From positions 221,960,001 to 222,024,000 of the forward strand of contig OZ024740.1 of NCBI GenBank assembly GCA_964016885.1: a stretch of 64,000 bases of DNA. The letters are read 5' to 3'. The notes under the pieces are model-generated. The model did no database searches and was not told the origin of the DNA. It worked only from the letters and a program-made list of their open reading frames with translations. Source of the DNA: Eledone cirrhosa. Its lineage: Eukaryota. This document shows, piece by piece, positions 32,675 to 46,556 of the stretch. Positions within the stretch are counted from its first letter, which is position 1. Every line of letters begins with the position of its first letter. Both the position numbers and the translations under genes were made by a program.

Positions 32675-33517
32675 TCAATCAAATACCAATCCGGCCGGAT
32701 TTTCACATTACAACGTTTTTATATTCGCCACAATATTCATGTGAATATTGACATGGCTAGGATATCTACGTGACGTTAGTTCATTAAAATGGAGGTAATG
32801 TATAATCTAGTTTCAAGCTTTCAAAACGTTTGGGGTGGATATTACTTTATGTCGTATATAGGTCAACGGGAGATATTCTCAATTATTTAAAAAAAATATA
32901 TCAATGTAATTTATATTTAATCAAATAACAATATACTTTAGATTGAAATGAAATAACATGAAATAGAATAACTTATATATCAATGTCCATCAAAACTAGT
33001 TTAAATTTCTCTAAAGTTTAAAAAAAAACTTTTCTTTTAACTTCACTTGAGCCATAAAAAAGTGAAGTGGGAATATTAAATAGACAACAATATTGATTTG
33101 ATTTGATTTAATTTGATTTGTTCTAATTTAGTTTGATTTAATCTAAATTAAATTAAATGTTTTTTGTACTCTTTCTGTTAATCTTTTGACTTAAGAAAGA
33201 CGTTAAAATAACACTCATATGAAAAAGTTGTCATGCATGAGCATACTTTACAGATCATTTATTTGTCACCAAATATCGTAGCCATGTTTAATATTCAGCC
33301 GAAAGTCGTTCTAAAATATTAAATTACTGCACTAAATAAATAAAATGTAAACATTTCGCTGTGTTGAAATTTGACTGGTTAATATATTATCTGTGCAAAA
33401 TTTTAGAAACTATTAAGTGTACACACACACACTCATACACACACGCACACACATACACCCCCCACACACACACGTGCGCGCACACACACGCACACGCACA
33501 CAGATATATATATATAA

Positions 33518-33972
33518 AGAGCGATAACTATTTGTTAGTTATTTGAATATGGCAAAGCCGGTCATTAATCGCTCGTATACATGAAATTGACTGGCCTACC
33601 TGCTGATATGCAAATCTGGCTGATCAGTGTGCCTGCTAATATGCAGATCTGACTGATCAGCCAGTCTGTTAATATGCAGATCTGACTGATCAGTCACTGT
33701 ATATTTCAGAAAATATATATTTTCACTAGCTCTGACAGTTGGCAGGTAAGCAGTAAACTGCACTGATGAAGGGTAATCACCCAGAAACATTAGTGTCTGC
33801 AGTTCTGCTTACATACCAACACAAGAGCAAGAATGAGGGGCTCATTCTATTGACATGGCTTAAGAGGCTGCTTGCATAATTGCAAACGAATCGAATATTA
33901 TTACTAATATTCGAAAAACTCTGATTACATTATTGTATTCAACCATGTAGAGCAATAACTATTTGTTAGTTA
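33518..33972 (+). mobile_element. Non-coding HHR mini-element with ~24-bp terminal direct repeats
   Basis: agagc(g/a)ataactatttgttagttat at both ends; three ~33-nt internal tandem repeats; tail also present at 57165-57310. Confidence 0.75.
33746..33812 (+). ncRNA. Complete type I hammerhead ribozyme (GUC site, cleavage after 33797)
   Basis: Stem I GUAAGCAG-ua-AACUGCA / UGCAGUU-CUGCUUAC; core CUGAUGA and GAAA; stem II GGGU-aauc-ACCC; stem III ACAU-ua-GUGU. Confidence 0.88.
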
Positions 33973-34212
33973 TATATATATATATCCAGCACACTGAGGT
34001 GTCGGTAATTAACCAATACATACTCTAATTAATATATATATATATAGTATTAAGGATACTATTTATGGTTATGTATATACTAACAATTTTTATAGTTATA
34101 TATATTTTAAACCCTAAACAGTGAAATTCAGTAATTTATTACTACCTTATTACCAGTAAGATAAATAGCTCAATGTAATAACATCAGTTGTTCTACAGAG
34201 CAATTATATAGA

Positions 34213-34340
34213 ATTCACATGAATCAAAGTTCTGTTCAAACCATTTATTACCTTACAATTGTTTCATCAATTGTTTCATCAATTGATGAAACAATTGTAA
34301 GCTAATAAATGGTTTGAACAGAACTTTGATTCATGTCAAT

Positions 34341-34341
<1 letters not shown>
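34213..34341. repeat. Short palindrome
   Basis: acatgaatcaaagttctgttcaaaccatttatta...taataaatggtttgaacagaactttgattcatgt with a duplicated caattgtttcat near the centre. Confidence 0.85.
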
Positions 34342-34374
<33 letters not shown>

Positions 34375-34724
34375 AAGAAAAAACGATGAAATCGAAAATG
34401 CAACTGGAGTTTTATTTAAAAAAGAATATATATATTTATTTGGTTCCATTACCGGTTTCGCTGTTCTGCTTTTCAAAAGTAGAGTTGAGATGGAGGGTCT
34501 GTGGTTTTATATATATATAGAAGTGGTTACACAACAGTTAGTTCAACATATCGAGATAAATTGTTTCCCCTTAGCGGATCCTCAGCATTTACGAGCTGAG
34601 GATCCGCTAAGGTGGCACAATTGTTCTCGGTATGGTGAACTAGCTGTTGTGAAACCACTTCTACCTAACTCGTCCCATGAACTGAGTGCTCTACCACTAA
34701 GGATATTACCTTCCAGTGTTCTAC

Positions 34725-35093
<369 letters not shown>

Positions 35094-35284
35094 CAGATTA
35101 GAGCAAACATCACGGGCGCTCTATCTCAAAATTATTTTTGAAAAGCATTAGAAATGCGCAAACGGTAAAAACTGAAAACTAAAACTGAATACTAACCAAT
35201 ACTTATTTCTAATTTTTACTTATTCCTAATTAAACTATTTTTCACTGGGAACAATTTGTCAGTATTTTTCTTTTCCTTTTACCA

Positions 35285-35395
<111 letters not shown>

Positions 35396-35505
35396 AACTA
35401 AAAATCAGGCCACATTCTATTTTTGTCTACATTATTCATTATTTTGACAAAACCGAAACACTCTAAATATGTAATTAAAAGCAACATTTCAAAAATATTC
35501 TGATA

Positions 35506-35780
35506 TTACTGTTCAGATTTAGAAACATGTTTCAAGTGATACCTATTTAAATCCACGCATTTTTTAGGTGCACGGTTAAATTCGCATAACGTCTCTACTA
35601 CATACCTAGAGATGTTTCTGATCTCCTCGCTAATGTTTTCCTCTAGTTCAGTGAATGTTCTGGGTTTGCTGACATGTACCCTATCTCTCAAATACGCCCA
35701 AAGAAAGAAGTTTTTGTGGTGGTGGTGGTGGTGGTGGTGAGGGGCGCTCAAATCAGGGCAATGTGAGGCCTACTCAAAAA
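35506..35780 (-). pseudogene. Tc1/mariner-superfamily transposase C-terminal fragment
   Basis: (W)ASHCPDLSAP[CAC repeat]NFFLWAYLRDRVH..PRT..EL...I..EI..I resembles the WP.RSPDL.P.DFFLWG.LK motif and downstream helices. Confidence 0.8.
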
Positions 35781-35985
35781 CAATCTTCGAATTGATCACA
35801 CGATATCCAAAAATATTTTTCAGCCATTCTTGTGTGACATTGGAGGTGTGTGGGCTTGCTTCGTTACACAAAACGTGAGCGGGGCCAATTTGTTTTTAGT
35901 CATATTACACACACACAGATGGTCACACACACACGCACACCCACACACACCCACATACACACACACACACCCACCCACGCACACT

Positions 35986-36031
<46 letters not shown>

Positions 36032-36176
36032 GGTAGTTTCCTGAAGGGAATTTAAAGGTGGTCACAGTTAAAGAAGGTACTAAAAACGTTGGTAGAGTAT
36101 AAGCATTCCCGATGATTCCATACGAAGGAAACAGTTCTAGTCCTGCAGAAGTAATTTATTTTCTCTTTCACTCAGC

Positions 36177-36276
<100 letters not shown>

Positions 36277-37044
36277 GATAGGTTCCGCCCAGTATTTGCC
36301 CAGGCCATGCCTATCTTAATAGCACGATATAATTGAAACTTTAGAACACTTGAGTAGTTTATGCACTGTGAATATAAGTTAGCCTCAATATGTATTGTCA
36401 ATATAACAGCCTCAACGCAGGTTCTTGACAATGAAAATAGTCTAAGAATTTGGGCGTATTCTTTTCTAGGGACGAGTTAGGGTTAGGGTGTTGACTATGG
36501 AATGCGAACTCACAGTTGCCGACCATACTACTGGTTCAACGAAATCGAGCTGATAACACTCTCCCCGCCATTTAAACCTCATCTATCGGTCGTTAGTTAA
36601 ATAATTAATTGGTTTATGTACTTTGAATGTAACCTAGTTTAAAGTAAATAGCTTCAACGCAGGATTTTGGTTAGGAAAACTAGTCTAACCTGGTAGGCGT
36701 TTAAGTCCCTACAGAGAGAAAAAAATTAGGTCAACGTCTCCTGTGGAATTTAAATTCAAAGCTGCCGTATAGGTAACGACCGTGTTACCGTTACATCGAA
36801 ATGGGCTGGTATTAGGTATGTATGCATAACAGTCATATCACATGATCGAGCTTAAACTCCGAAATCACTGCCACTTTTCTACTTAAAAATTAAATTTCTA
36901 CAATATACTCACCAGTATTGCGCGTTAAATCAACTAATACTTGAATTACTTGAATGTCTTGACTACGACTGTATTTTAAGCACACATCCTAATATTCCGC
37001 GTTTTCTGTTCCTATATTTCTCCCACTTGATTTTTAATTATATA

Positions 37045-38109
37045 CAGGGTGTCCAAAAAAAAAGAAATTTATACATATTTTCATTACCTGTACAGGCAAT
37101 AATTACTAGACCTGAAAAATGCGCAAGCTCAAAAGAGCCACAGAATGTTATAATAAACCTTCAAAAGTGTGGGACTAGAGTTGTTGCTCAAAAATATTGT
37201 AATTATTATCTATGGTACAATCTGTGGCATCCTTTTATAAAAAGAGACTCATAACGAACTCAAGACGACACGATAATTATTTAAGCTAATGTTCAATATC
37301 TCATATTAGATCTTTAGTAATGATTAATACGAAGTGCACTTAAACCGAATTATATATTATAAATACATTAAAATAATTATCGTGTCGTCTTGAGTTCCTT
37401 ATGAGTCTCTTTTTTTATAAAAGGATGCCACAGATTGTACGATAGATAATGATTACAATATTTTTGAGCATCAACTCTAGTCCCACACTTTTGAAGGTTT
37501 ATTATAACATTCTGTGGCTCTTTTGAGCTTGCGCATTTTTCAGGTCTAGTTTAATATTTTTAAGGCAACTCTTGTAATAACTCTAGTTAAACATGATATA
37601 TATTAATAATAAATTATCGTTGTAATGTAATTAGATTATATAATTGTTATTTTATAAATGATCTTATAAATATTATTGTAAGATGTATAAAAATATTTCA
37701 GACTTTTAATAGTTAATATAAATAAAAAAAATTCATATATAAATTAACAATATAACTTACCAAAACGAGAAAAATATTTTGATGATAAACGACGAAATAC
37801 TGGAGGAAGATTCGAAAGCGAAACGATAAATAAACGTGCAAACAACGTGGCGGATGCTTTTGAGCAACAATTACTCTCGTTGGTTGATTAGCCAATAAGA
37901 CGATGAAATTAGCCAATAAGACGATTCATTACAAAAGATGTTTGGGAGGGATCACCACGTCCAGCGATACCCCTTGATTTTTTTATTCACAAGCTACGCA
38001 TTTATGTCAATACACACATCACACAGACACGCAGACTTAAAACATTCTGTTGTTAGTTACTGCGTGGTTAGAATGCTGTTGAAGTATGTATACATTTTTT
38101 GGGAAACCC

Positions 38110-38111
<2 letters not shown>
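37045..38111. mobile_element. Non-autonomous Tc1/mariner-like element (imperfect TIRs)
   Basis: ta|cagggtgtccaaaa..tatacata at left versus tatgtatacattttttgggaaaccctg at right. Confidence 0.55.
37106..37550. repeat. Inverted repeat, ~178-bp arms with ~85-bp spacer
   Basis: actagacctgaaaaatgcgcaagctc...gataattatttt versus aaataattatcg...gagcttgcgcatttttcaggtctagt. Confidence 0.92.
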
Positions 38112-38162
<51 letters not shown>

Positions 38163-38171
<9 letters not shown>

Positions 38172-41100
38172 TAACAGATTAAAGTTTAATCAAAGAATCG
38201 CTGCTTTCACCCTTAACGGGATCTTCTGAAACTAACAAAGTCAATCTGTGAACGCAGAAGTGAATATTTCAAAAAACTTTGCAACCGTAAGACGACAGGA
38301 AGACGATACTTTGGTTTGTGGAAACGTTCCCTGGCAAAGAAAGGGAAAAAACGAATATACTACGTCATTATTTGGAGCGGTCAAAAACAATTACACGCAA
38401 AGACAAAACCACGTTTATGGTATAAAAGAAGTCGTAGACTAATATTCTATTAGGTGGTCATTGAGACGTTCTCTGGCAATGAACGGAAAAAACGAAGATA
38501 ATACGCCATATGTAGATCTTGGAGAACAATTGCTCGCAAAGACAAAACCACGTAAATGGTATAACTGTAGTCGTAGACTAAAATTCTAACAGGAAACCGA
38601 ATGATTCTCGGCTTCAGAGTTAAGAATAAAGTAAATAAAATACAGAGGCAATTGAAATTAAATAAATACATACAGGCATCCATATACGTACATACACAAG
38701 CATACGCGAAACACTCGCAATAGGTATACAAATACACGAACATATAAATATGTGTGTGTGTGCGTGTATAAAAATAATTAAATAAACGTATATAAATAAA
38801 TAAATAAATACGTATATAACAAGCGCACACACATACCTACATGTAAATACACATATGTTCGGAGACGTACAGCAACCAAAACACGAAGTACACATATACA
38901 CACACCCTACATACGCACGAACCCGCATACTCACACAGAAACAAAACTCACTTATACACATAACCAAAAGCATATGTACCAGAATAAATGAAATATATGC
39001 CATAACATATACAATCAAATATACGTACGAGAATGTATACGTGCCTTCACAAAACATACAGGTAATATATACTTACCTATACAAATAAGTAATGGTATAA
39101 ACATATCATATACTTAGCTACCACATCAAGACGTAAAATATCCGCGTTTCGATCGTACTATCCGTTAGGGTATAATATGGGGCTCTAATACAGGAAAGTT
39201 TTGTGCAATTTATGTTTACAAGCCGAAATTGCCTCAGATTTTTTGTTTAAGATGTATGTGGCGTAGAATATTTCCAGGGCCTCAGCGGCGCAGAGGTCAC
39301 ATGGTCTTTTATTTCCGTTATACGATCTAGCCCTAACTAGAATATCCCAGTGTAACTTATATTGGGGGTAGTTGTCTTTTAGTCTCCAGATATAAGATGA
39401 AAGTGATGTCATAATCCTTCTTAGAGGGTAACGAAAAGAATGGGTATGCATGTAAAGACGCTGCTTGAATCTATTGGCGGTTAACCCTATGTAGGCCCTA
39501 CGGGACGTGGGTGTTTCAACCTTACATTTGTAGACAATGTTACTAGAGAGGCATTTCCCAGATAGGGGGCAGTCAACCCGATTCCTACAATTACAGTTAG
39601 TACTAAATACAGGGTTGCACGTGTTCCTACGGCTAGGTAGTTTAGCTAAATTTGAAGCTGTGGTGTTATGTGCAAGGTTAGGAGTCGTAGAGTAAGACAT
39701 TTTAATAGTATTTCTATTAAAAATGTTTATGTGTAGGGGGAAAATGCTTCGTAATAAGGGAGAGAAAGATCTTAGCTAATGGTGTGGCCACCTCCATATT
39801 ATATGGTGGGTTATACCATATAATGCGTCGGGATCTATTTCTTCTAGGTCTATTCTCGTACTCTGTATAAGCTACCTTATCGACAAATCCATTCCGAGCA
39901 AGAGCTTCATTGTATTATGTGGAATGGTCGTTGAAAATATGCTCGTTAGTAGATAGACGGGAGAGCCTCAAAGAAACGTTTCTTACTAGGTTCTTGGTTA
40001 TGCTGGCAGGATGGTTAGAATGCTTACTTATGTAATTAAGTGTATCATTCGGCTTTCTATACGGGTAATACAAGCCATTCGATAAATTGAGAGTAACGTT
40101 GAGGTAATTAACGACCGAGAGGTTGGCTTCAACCTGAATAGAGAGGTTGAAGCCTTTAAAGAAGGCCGTGAGTTCTTTTCTGAACCTGTCGCAAGCACGT
40201 GGGCCGCACTTCGACATGGTCAAAAGACCATCATCACGGTACAACCACCGCCCACGTTGGGGAATTCGTCCTTGATAGAGAAAAGAAAGAAAAGGCCGAT
40301 AAGATCAGTAACCTCCGCAGAATCGCTGGCGCTCATACTCACGTCGAATGGGGTACTATTAGATTTTTTAATCCAAATAGAATTGTCGAAATTAATCACC
40401 GACTTACGGGCATTGAGGATGACATCAACTTCGAAATCCTTAACCACTGTGAGTGTTTTAGCGAAATTGATAGCTCTAAGGAGAAGTGGTAAAGTGATGG
40501 AGTAGGAGTAATTATTGATGTCGAATTGGATAAAACGGCAATGTTCCTTGTTGCATATGCCGTTGAACCAATCAATCACCGCGAAAGAATTTTTCCACAG
40601 TACGAGAAGGGTCAAACTTCTAATTTCAGGTATAATTCTATCAAGAATCCTTTTACTAGGTCTACCTAAATCGGACTTCGTAGGGTTAATAAGCCGAATA
40701 GAGGGGTTGTTCGGATAATTGGATTTGTAATCCTTCAGGATAAAGTGGGGAGAAATAGGGTCCAGAGGTTCGGTCCAGTCCAGGATGTTGAGATCAGAGG
40801 TGATTTTAAACCCAGCATCGTTGATTTCATTAATGACGCACCGATTAGTTTTACGGTAATCCTTAGTTACAGCATTATGTAGTAGTTGATGGTAAGTACT
40901 GCGCTTCACTTGATATAGGTTGCCAGTTTTGTCGGAATGGACGTGCACGGCATTAGAATCCTTAATAGAACGAATTCTATTCTTCAGGTCGTGCTGGAAG
41001 GAATTGCCCCTATTGCGAAATTTGATACTCCGTATGAGTTGCAGGACATCATTTTCGAAGGGTAGCAATGCTGGGTTACACGGAGGGTTATTATAGGTTT

Positions 41101-41620
41101 TAAACCCAAATTTATCCTGTTTGTTGTCTGCTTTTCGCTGATTATCGAAATAAAAGGTACGCCAACGCAACCTTTTAATGAACGCGTCTGTTTTCTGTAT
41201 CAGGAGTTTTAGGTATGTTTTCCTGCTTGGTACGGGTATGTTCTTTGTAGAAATATTCAGATTTTGTTTCTGCATGATGAATAAAAGTTAATAGATTGCT
41301 CAACCGAGGGAACGTCTCTATGAACCACCTAATAGAATATTAGTCTACGACTTCTTTTACACCATAAACGTGGTTTTGTCTTTGCGTGTAATTGTTTTTT
41401 ACCGCTCCAAATAATGACGTATTATATTCGTGTTTCCCTTTCTTTGCCAGGGGGGAACGTTTCCACGAACCAAAGTATCGTCTTCCTGTCTTCCTCCGGT
41501 TGCAACGTTTTTTGAAATATTCACTTCTGCGTTCACATATTGACTTTGTTAGTTTCAGAAGATCCCGTTAAGGGTGAAAGCAGCGATTCTTTGCTTAAAC
41601 TTTAATCTGTTATTTTAATA
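38163..41620 (-). mobile_element. Near full-length Hydra-like Penelope-like element with inverted pLTR
   Basis: 38163-38480 is the reverse complement of 41300-41620; 3' end abuts (TA)n; HHR-like CAGAAGA-u-CCC-guuaa-GGG-u-GAAA at ~38200-38230(-). Confidence 0.95.
39185..41275 (-). pseudogene. PLE RT plus GIY-YIG polyprotein (~700 aa) with 2-3 disruptions
   Basis: STKNIPVPS..YLK.LI.K...FIKRLRW, DKTGNLY, RLINPTKSDLG, FIQFDI, YRDD, NYLN, PYRKPN, CNCRNRVDCPLSGKC, IVY..YIGLT, CDLC, LNKKSE..ACKH. Confidence 0.95.
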
Positions 41621-41708
41621 AATATTTGCTCTACGGTTCTTATATCTTTGATATATATTTATCCTTATCGAGCTCTCTTTGGATTTTAGTCTTCAAATTT
41701 ATTATTAT

Positions 41709-41752
<44 letters not shown>

Positions 41753-43169
41753 CTCCTGATATATAGAATTTTTTGATATCTATTAGTTTATCAGTCTCTC
41801 TTATTGAATTTGGTTTTACGTCCAAATACATTTTACACCCAATTGTTTTCTTGCTGAAGTAATTTATTTCAATTCCCCTGGGCTCAATGCATTCCAGATT
41901 TCTGTATCAAGTATATGAACGTATTTTGTATTAATTTGCCTTGTGAATATACTATTGGTGTCACTGATAAAATATATCCGCGAAAGTGTATGGTTCTAAA
42001 TGTAGTGCAAAATATACTTATAACAGCTAACACTTTTATATTCGCTGTTATACAAAGTATTCTTTAAATCAGTCATTGTATTCACAGATACTATTGTCTT
42101 TATTTGTAATAAGAAAATTCTTATTCGTTCAAACATTTGATTACTGTATTAATCTTAGGAATAGATTATAGTGAAGCCCACGAAAAACTGTGATATCAAA
42201 TTTAAAAATTTACTTTCAAATACAAGTATAATAAAAGTTTTATCTATTTATTTATTTATTTGTCTATTTATTTGTTCCGTAAATATTTTATATTAAAAGT
42301 ACATTATGTTATGTTTTTACAATTCACAATTTTATCTGAATTCAGATTTCACCGCCTATCGGTGTCAACTACTACTTTCTCAGGTACTAAAGAGTAAAAA
42401 CGTACTGCTACAGGTCATGCATATGTGTGTATTTGAATCGACTAGTTCCTTATTTGTAAAGCTGATCTTGTGGCTGATCTGAAAAATAAATCAATATTCA
42501 CATTCAATATTGCAAACTCAGTAAAGAAAGATTCAACATCCAGTAAATACTGTCTTAATTACCGTTCAAATACCATTTGGAACTATTACATTTACGCCAC
42601 TCATTTCACAGGAAATATATTAGAGTCTAAACAGTCATTCCATTAAAAAAATTGAATTTATGCCGTGTCAGGCAAATAAACCATTTAAAGAACAGGTAAA
42701 TGAAACGAAGAACCCAAGGAACTTAATCTTGATTTCGGTCAGTAAAACTATTTCATATTGGTAAAGTATAAAGGCACAAAAGAGCACTATCATCACACTT
42801 CGATAGACAAACGACACAGAAATTATTCTTGTCAACAACAAAGGGTTTGGTCTGACGTCAGAAAATCTAGAGAATGCGAATTAAAAATACATTATACTTT
42901 ACGAATATTCAAAGAAGCCTGGATGCTTCGTAGTTAAGTCGATTTCATTCGCGTTATGTGAGTGGTGCTTCTTTTTTATTGTCATTCCAAGCAAAGCAAT
43001 AAATCCATTAAAATGCAAGGGGTTACTGAGATTGGAAAAGGACAAGATAGAGAGAACACATTCAAGGAGAGAGAAGATGACGATTGGTGTTTCTTTTGAA
43101 TTTCTGATAAAGATATTAAGGCACAAAATAGTCTGTTCAAAAAGAGTGAAACAGACAGAGAAACATAGA

Positions 43170-43310
43170 TGATTGGCTGCTGGGCTAACGATCGTAAGGT
43201 CGTTGGCTCGAGGCATTGTGTTCTTGAGCAGTACTCTTTGTCCCACGTTGCTTTCTGTTCACTCAGTTGAAGGTGAGTATCAAGTGCAACTAAGAAGTAC
43301 GCCCTACGCC
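43170..43310 (+). mobile_element. Degenerate tRNA-derived SINE
   Basis: gtgttcttgagca...cacgttgct...cactcagttg..tgagta, same family as 10775-11040. Confidence 0.5.
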
Positions 43311-43601
43311 TCATCTGGGGATGAAGACGTATAACTCAGTCGATAACATCCATAAAACTTGTTGTTAAATCCATAACTCTTGTTGTAGCCCATTTAATAG
43401 TTCCACTTGATTCAATGCTTGCGCTTGCTTCTCACAATTTTTAAATTTCAAATAATTTGATACTACCCATGCTGTTACTTAACCTTTGGTCTGCTAGATA
43501 AGAAAGATAATCAATATTTCAATTCAAATGTAAATAATCTGCCAATTGCTTTAGAAGATATTTTTTAGATAGTTGAGATAACTTGCAATTTCAGCACAAA
43601 A

Positions 43602-43709
<108 letters not shown>

Positions 43710-44166
43710 TAGGGGTTGGAGAAATGGGAGCGAGTGGTTTGAAGAATACAGATAGCTTAATCAAAATGTCTCTTCCTTTTTCTACTCTATTTCCCTAATA
43801 ATTTCCTTTAAGAAATACAAGGGTATTTACATTTTAACCATTCTGCTCTGAGGAAACGGTAGAAGCAGCATTTGAAAATTGAGTTTCTGCAAACAAATAA
43901 TTACCAATTTGCACATAGCATCACTAGGCCGTATAACTACTGTTGAAACATTTGTAAGCACTCGGAATAAATTACCTTTTTATGATGTCTACCTGTTATT
44001 ATTCATTCTTTATCTACACTCCGGAATGCAGAAGGATCAGAAGCTGAGTTTCTTCAACTAATATTCCATAACTCGTCGAGTAACCATTCACCGTACGTCA
44101 ACTCTATCTAGTATAGTAATTAACCATTACTGCATTCAGGATAATCCTAAGCATTTCTTGCATAAC

Positions 44167-44228
<62 letters not shown>

Positions 44229-44235
44229 TTATACA

Positions 44236-44266
<31 letters not shown>

Positions 44267-44389
44267 CGAGTCATAATGACGTAATGCAAACAGCCAGGCA
44301 TACATACAGATATTATAAGGCGCAACGTTATATCTATGTATCTATCTAAAAAGAGAAAGATTAAGAATTATAGAGAGAGATCGCTAAAT

Positions 44390-44562
44390 CGCGTAATGCG
44401 GTCCCTAGGGCATTGAACATTTGAAATTTGTTCTGCTCAAAACACCCACGGGACCATAAGCATTACCTGTGTAAAGTTTGAAAAAACTCGGTTGGGTGTT
44501 TCTCGAGTTTTAGTGATTGGACAGACAGACAAACATACATTCTCTGTGTTAGTAATATAGAT
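44390..44562 (+). mobile_element. Possible Helitron/Helentron-associated non-autonomous element 3' end
   Basis: tgtgtaaagtttga...gagtttt..gacagacagacaaaca...aatatagat resembles the ends of such elements; recognised from memory only. Confidence 0.35.
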
Positions 44563-45324
44563 TTTCTGACGTCGGACATAGACTTTTGTCATTGACATAG
44601 AAAAATTACAACTGAGGTATTAATACATTTCCGACGGATTCAGTCACATAAATGTATTAGCCACAAAAAGTAATCGAACTGGAATGAAGAATACATTTCC
44701 CGCGTGTTTCCCCTTTGTCATAAATGATGATTTGTCTGATTAGACCACAAAGAAAGGAACTAAAGTCGATTAAAATATACTAAGTAAACATGATTGATTC
44801 TTCTATTTTTAATCACGTTCATAGCTATGAAAGTCATACTTGACAACGATAGGAGGTGAACTTTAAACTTAAGTAATAAAAAAGTTGAATTGTAAAAAAT
44901 ATCATTCAATGAAATGTATACGAATAAATATATAGGATATATTTTAAAGAAGTGAGATCGTTTCAGTTAACATGAAATGTCGATATACTTTTGTGATATA
45001 CTTTTGTTTGGAGCAATAATTTATAAGTAATTTAACATGGCATCCCAAAGTTATCAAATGGTTAGAGTCATGGGAACATTTCCCGGAATATCGAAATCTA
45101 GTGAAATCCTTAAAAACAATAATTGTCTAATTCAAAGAATATGTTGTACGGATGGCTGAATGGCCCCTTAACACCCGAGGAAATAGTAAAAGCACTTTAT
45201 TGACATGGCTAGGATATTTTTACATCTCGCGGATACCATCGCTTTCCAGGTCTGAATATAGCATATTTCTTCTAGAGAAGGATAGAGAATTAGAGAACGA
45301 AAGTGAGAAAGTGACATAGAGGAA

Positions 45325-45478
45325 ATATCTGACCCAGTACTAGACTGGCAGTTTGGACGGTAATGGATGAAAGGAAAAGATGACCTCAGTGGGATTGGAA
45401 CTCAGAGAACAGAGACCCGAAACGAATAACGTAAAGCATTCTATCCGACCTTCTAACGATTTTACCCATTCGCCGCCT
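45325..45478 (-). mobile_element. Degenerate SINE related to 20940-21115
   Basis: Reverse complement has ggcggcga.tgg..aaatcgttag, ctgagttccaatccc..gaggtc..cctttcatcc. Confidence 0.6.
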
Positions 45479-45826
45479 CATTGTGTAGCAATGGGAAAAT
45501 GTATCCTGTAATATAAGTTTCTACTACATATAAAGGCAAAGACTTGCATGTATATATATCATCAATGAAACGTATCGTAAATCTACAAAACATTTCCACA
45601 TCCCTCGTACTGTGAGACGGAATATATTGAACGCAGGGAAATTGAAATATATTGCTTAGTAGAAACATAATGGAGTGTAAAGTGGTTGGTAAAACTAAAC
45701 ACATTTTTCGACGCAAAAACGATATTCAGTAATGAAGTTAGATGAATTTTAAATCTCGGAAACACGAACACGGTGAGGGACACATATACGAAAAAGCACA
45801 CCTTACACGACTTGAACCGATATACA

Positions 45827-45879
<53 letters not shown>

Positions 45880-45885
<6 letters not shown>

Positions 45886-46455
45886 TGGCTGCCAACTCGT
45901 TTTCGAGTACGGCCACTACTTTATATCCATGTAGGAGAACCCCTACCGATGCGCTGAACGAGTGTGACTTTTTAGTCCAGCCAGCCACTTGAAAACTCTG
46001 GTACAAACACTACACTTGTGACAATTATTGACACATAGTGCTGGGCCCATGGTACCATGTGACGACAAGTGCAGAGAGATCTCCAGATATAAAGCAATGC
46101 CTGTGCCGTGAAGCTTTTATAGTGAGCAAAGGCACTGCACAAAGCCAGTCCCACTCTCTTAACCAAGATGATATTTACCAAAAAGAAAAACAAGTGAACA
46201 TCATTGGATACCATCAGGGTTGTAGGTCTTATATCAGAGTTTTCCTTCTCCTAGAATTCTGCCTTGACAAAGGCTAAGGGGTCATCTCTCCCGGTGATTT
46301 TGGATGGCCATTGACTCTTAAGAGCTCCTTTGCCTTTTGACAGGTTTTGTTTTTAGTCCTGCAGGATGTCCAAAGTCACCCTCCTCACCAAGAAACCTTG
46401 GTGGGGTTGCCAGTTTAGTCACCAACGACCCGACCATGGGACAGGTTGTACTGCA
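45880..46455 (+). mobile_element. Dispersed repeat, second copy of the 30812-31485 family
   Basis: Shared blocks as listed for 30812-31485. Confidence 0.65.
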
Positions 46456-46475
46456 ATACATATTACACGAGCACC

Positions 46476-46556
<81 letters not shown>

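Noticed and set aside
33595-33700. Three ~33-nt repeats that superficially resemble a CRISPR array
   Set aside because: Repeats are essentially contiguous without unique spacers, there are no cas genes and the context is eukaryotic; they are internal to the HHR mini-element.
35715-35742. Poly-His run in the transposase fragment
   Set aside because: A (CAC)n microsatellite expansion interrupting the catalytic motif region of a dead copy.
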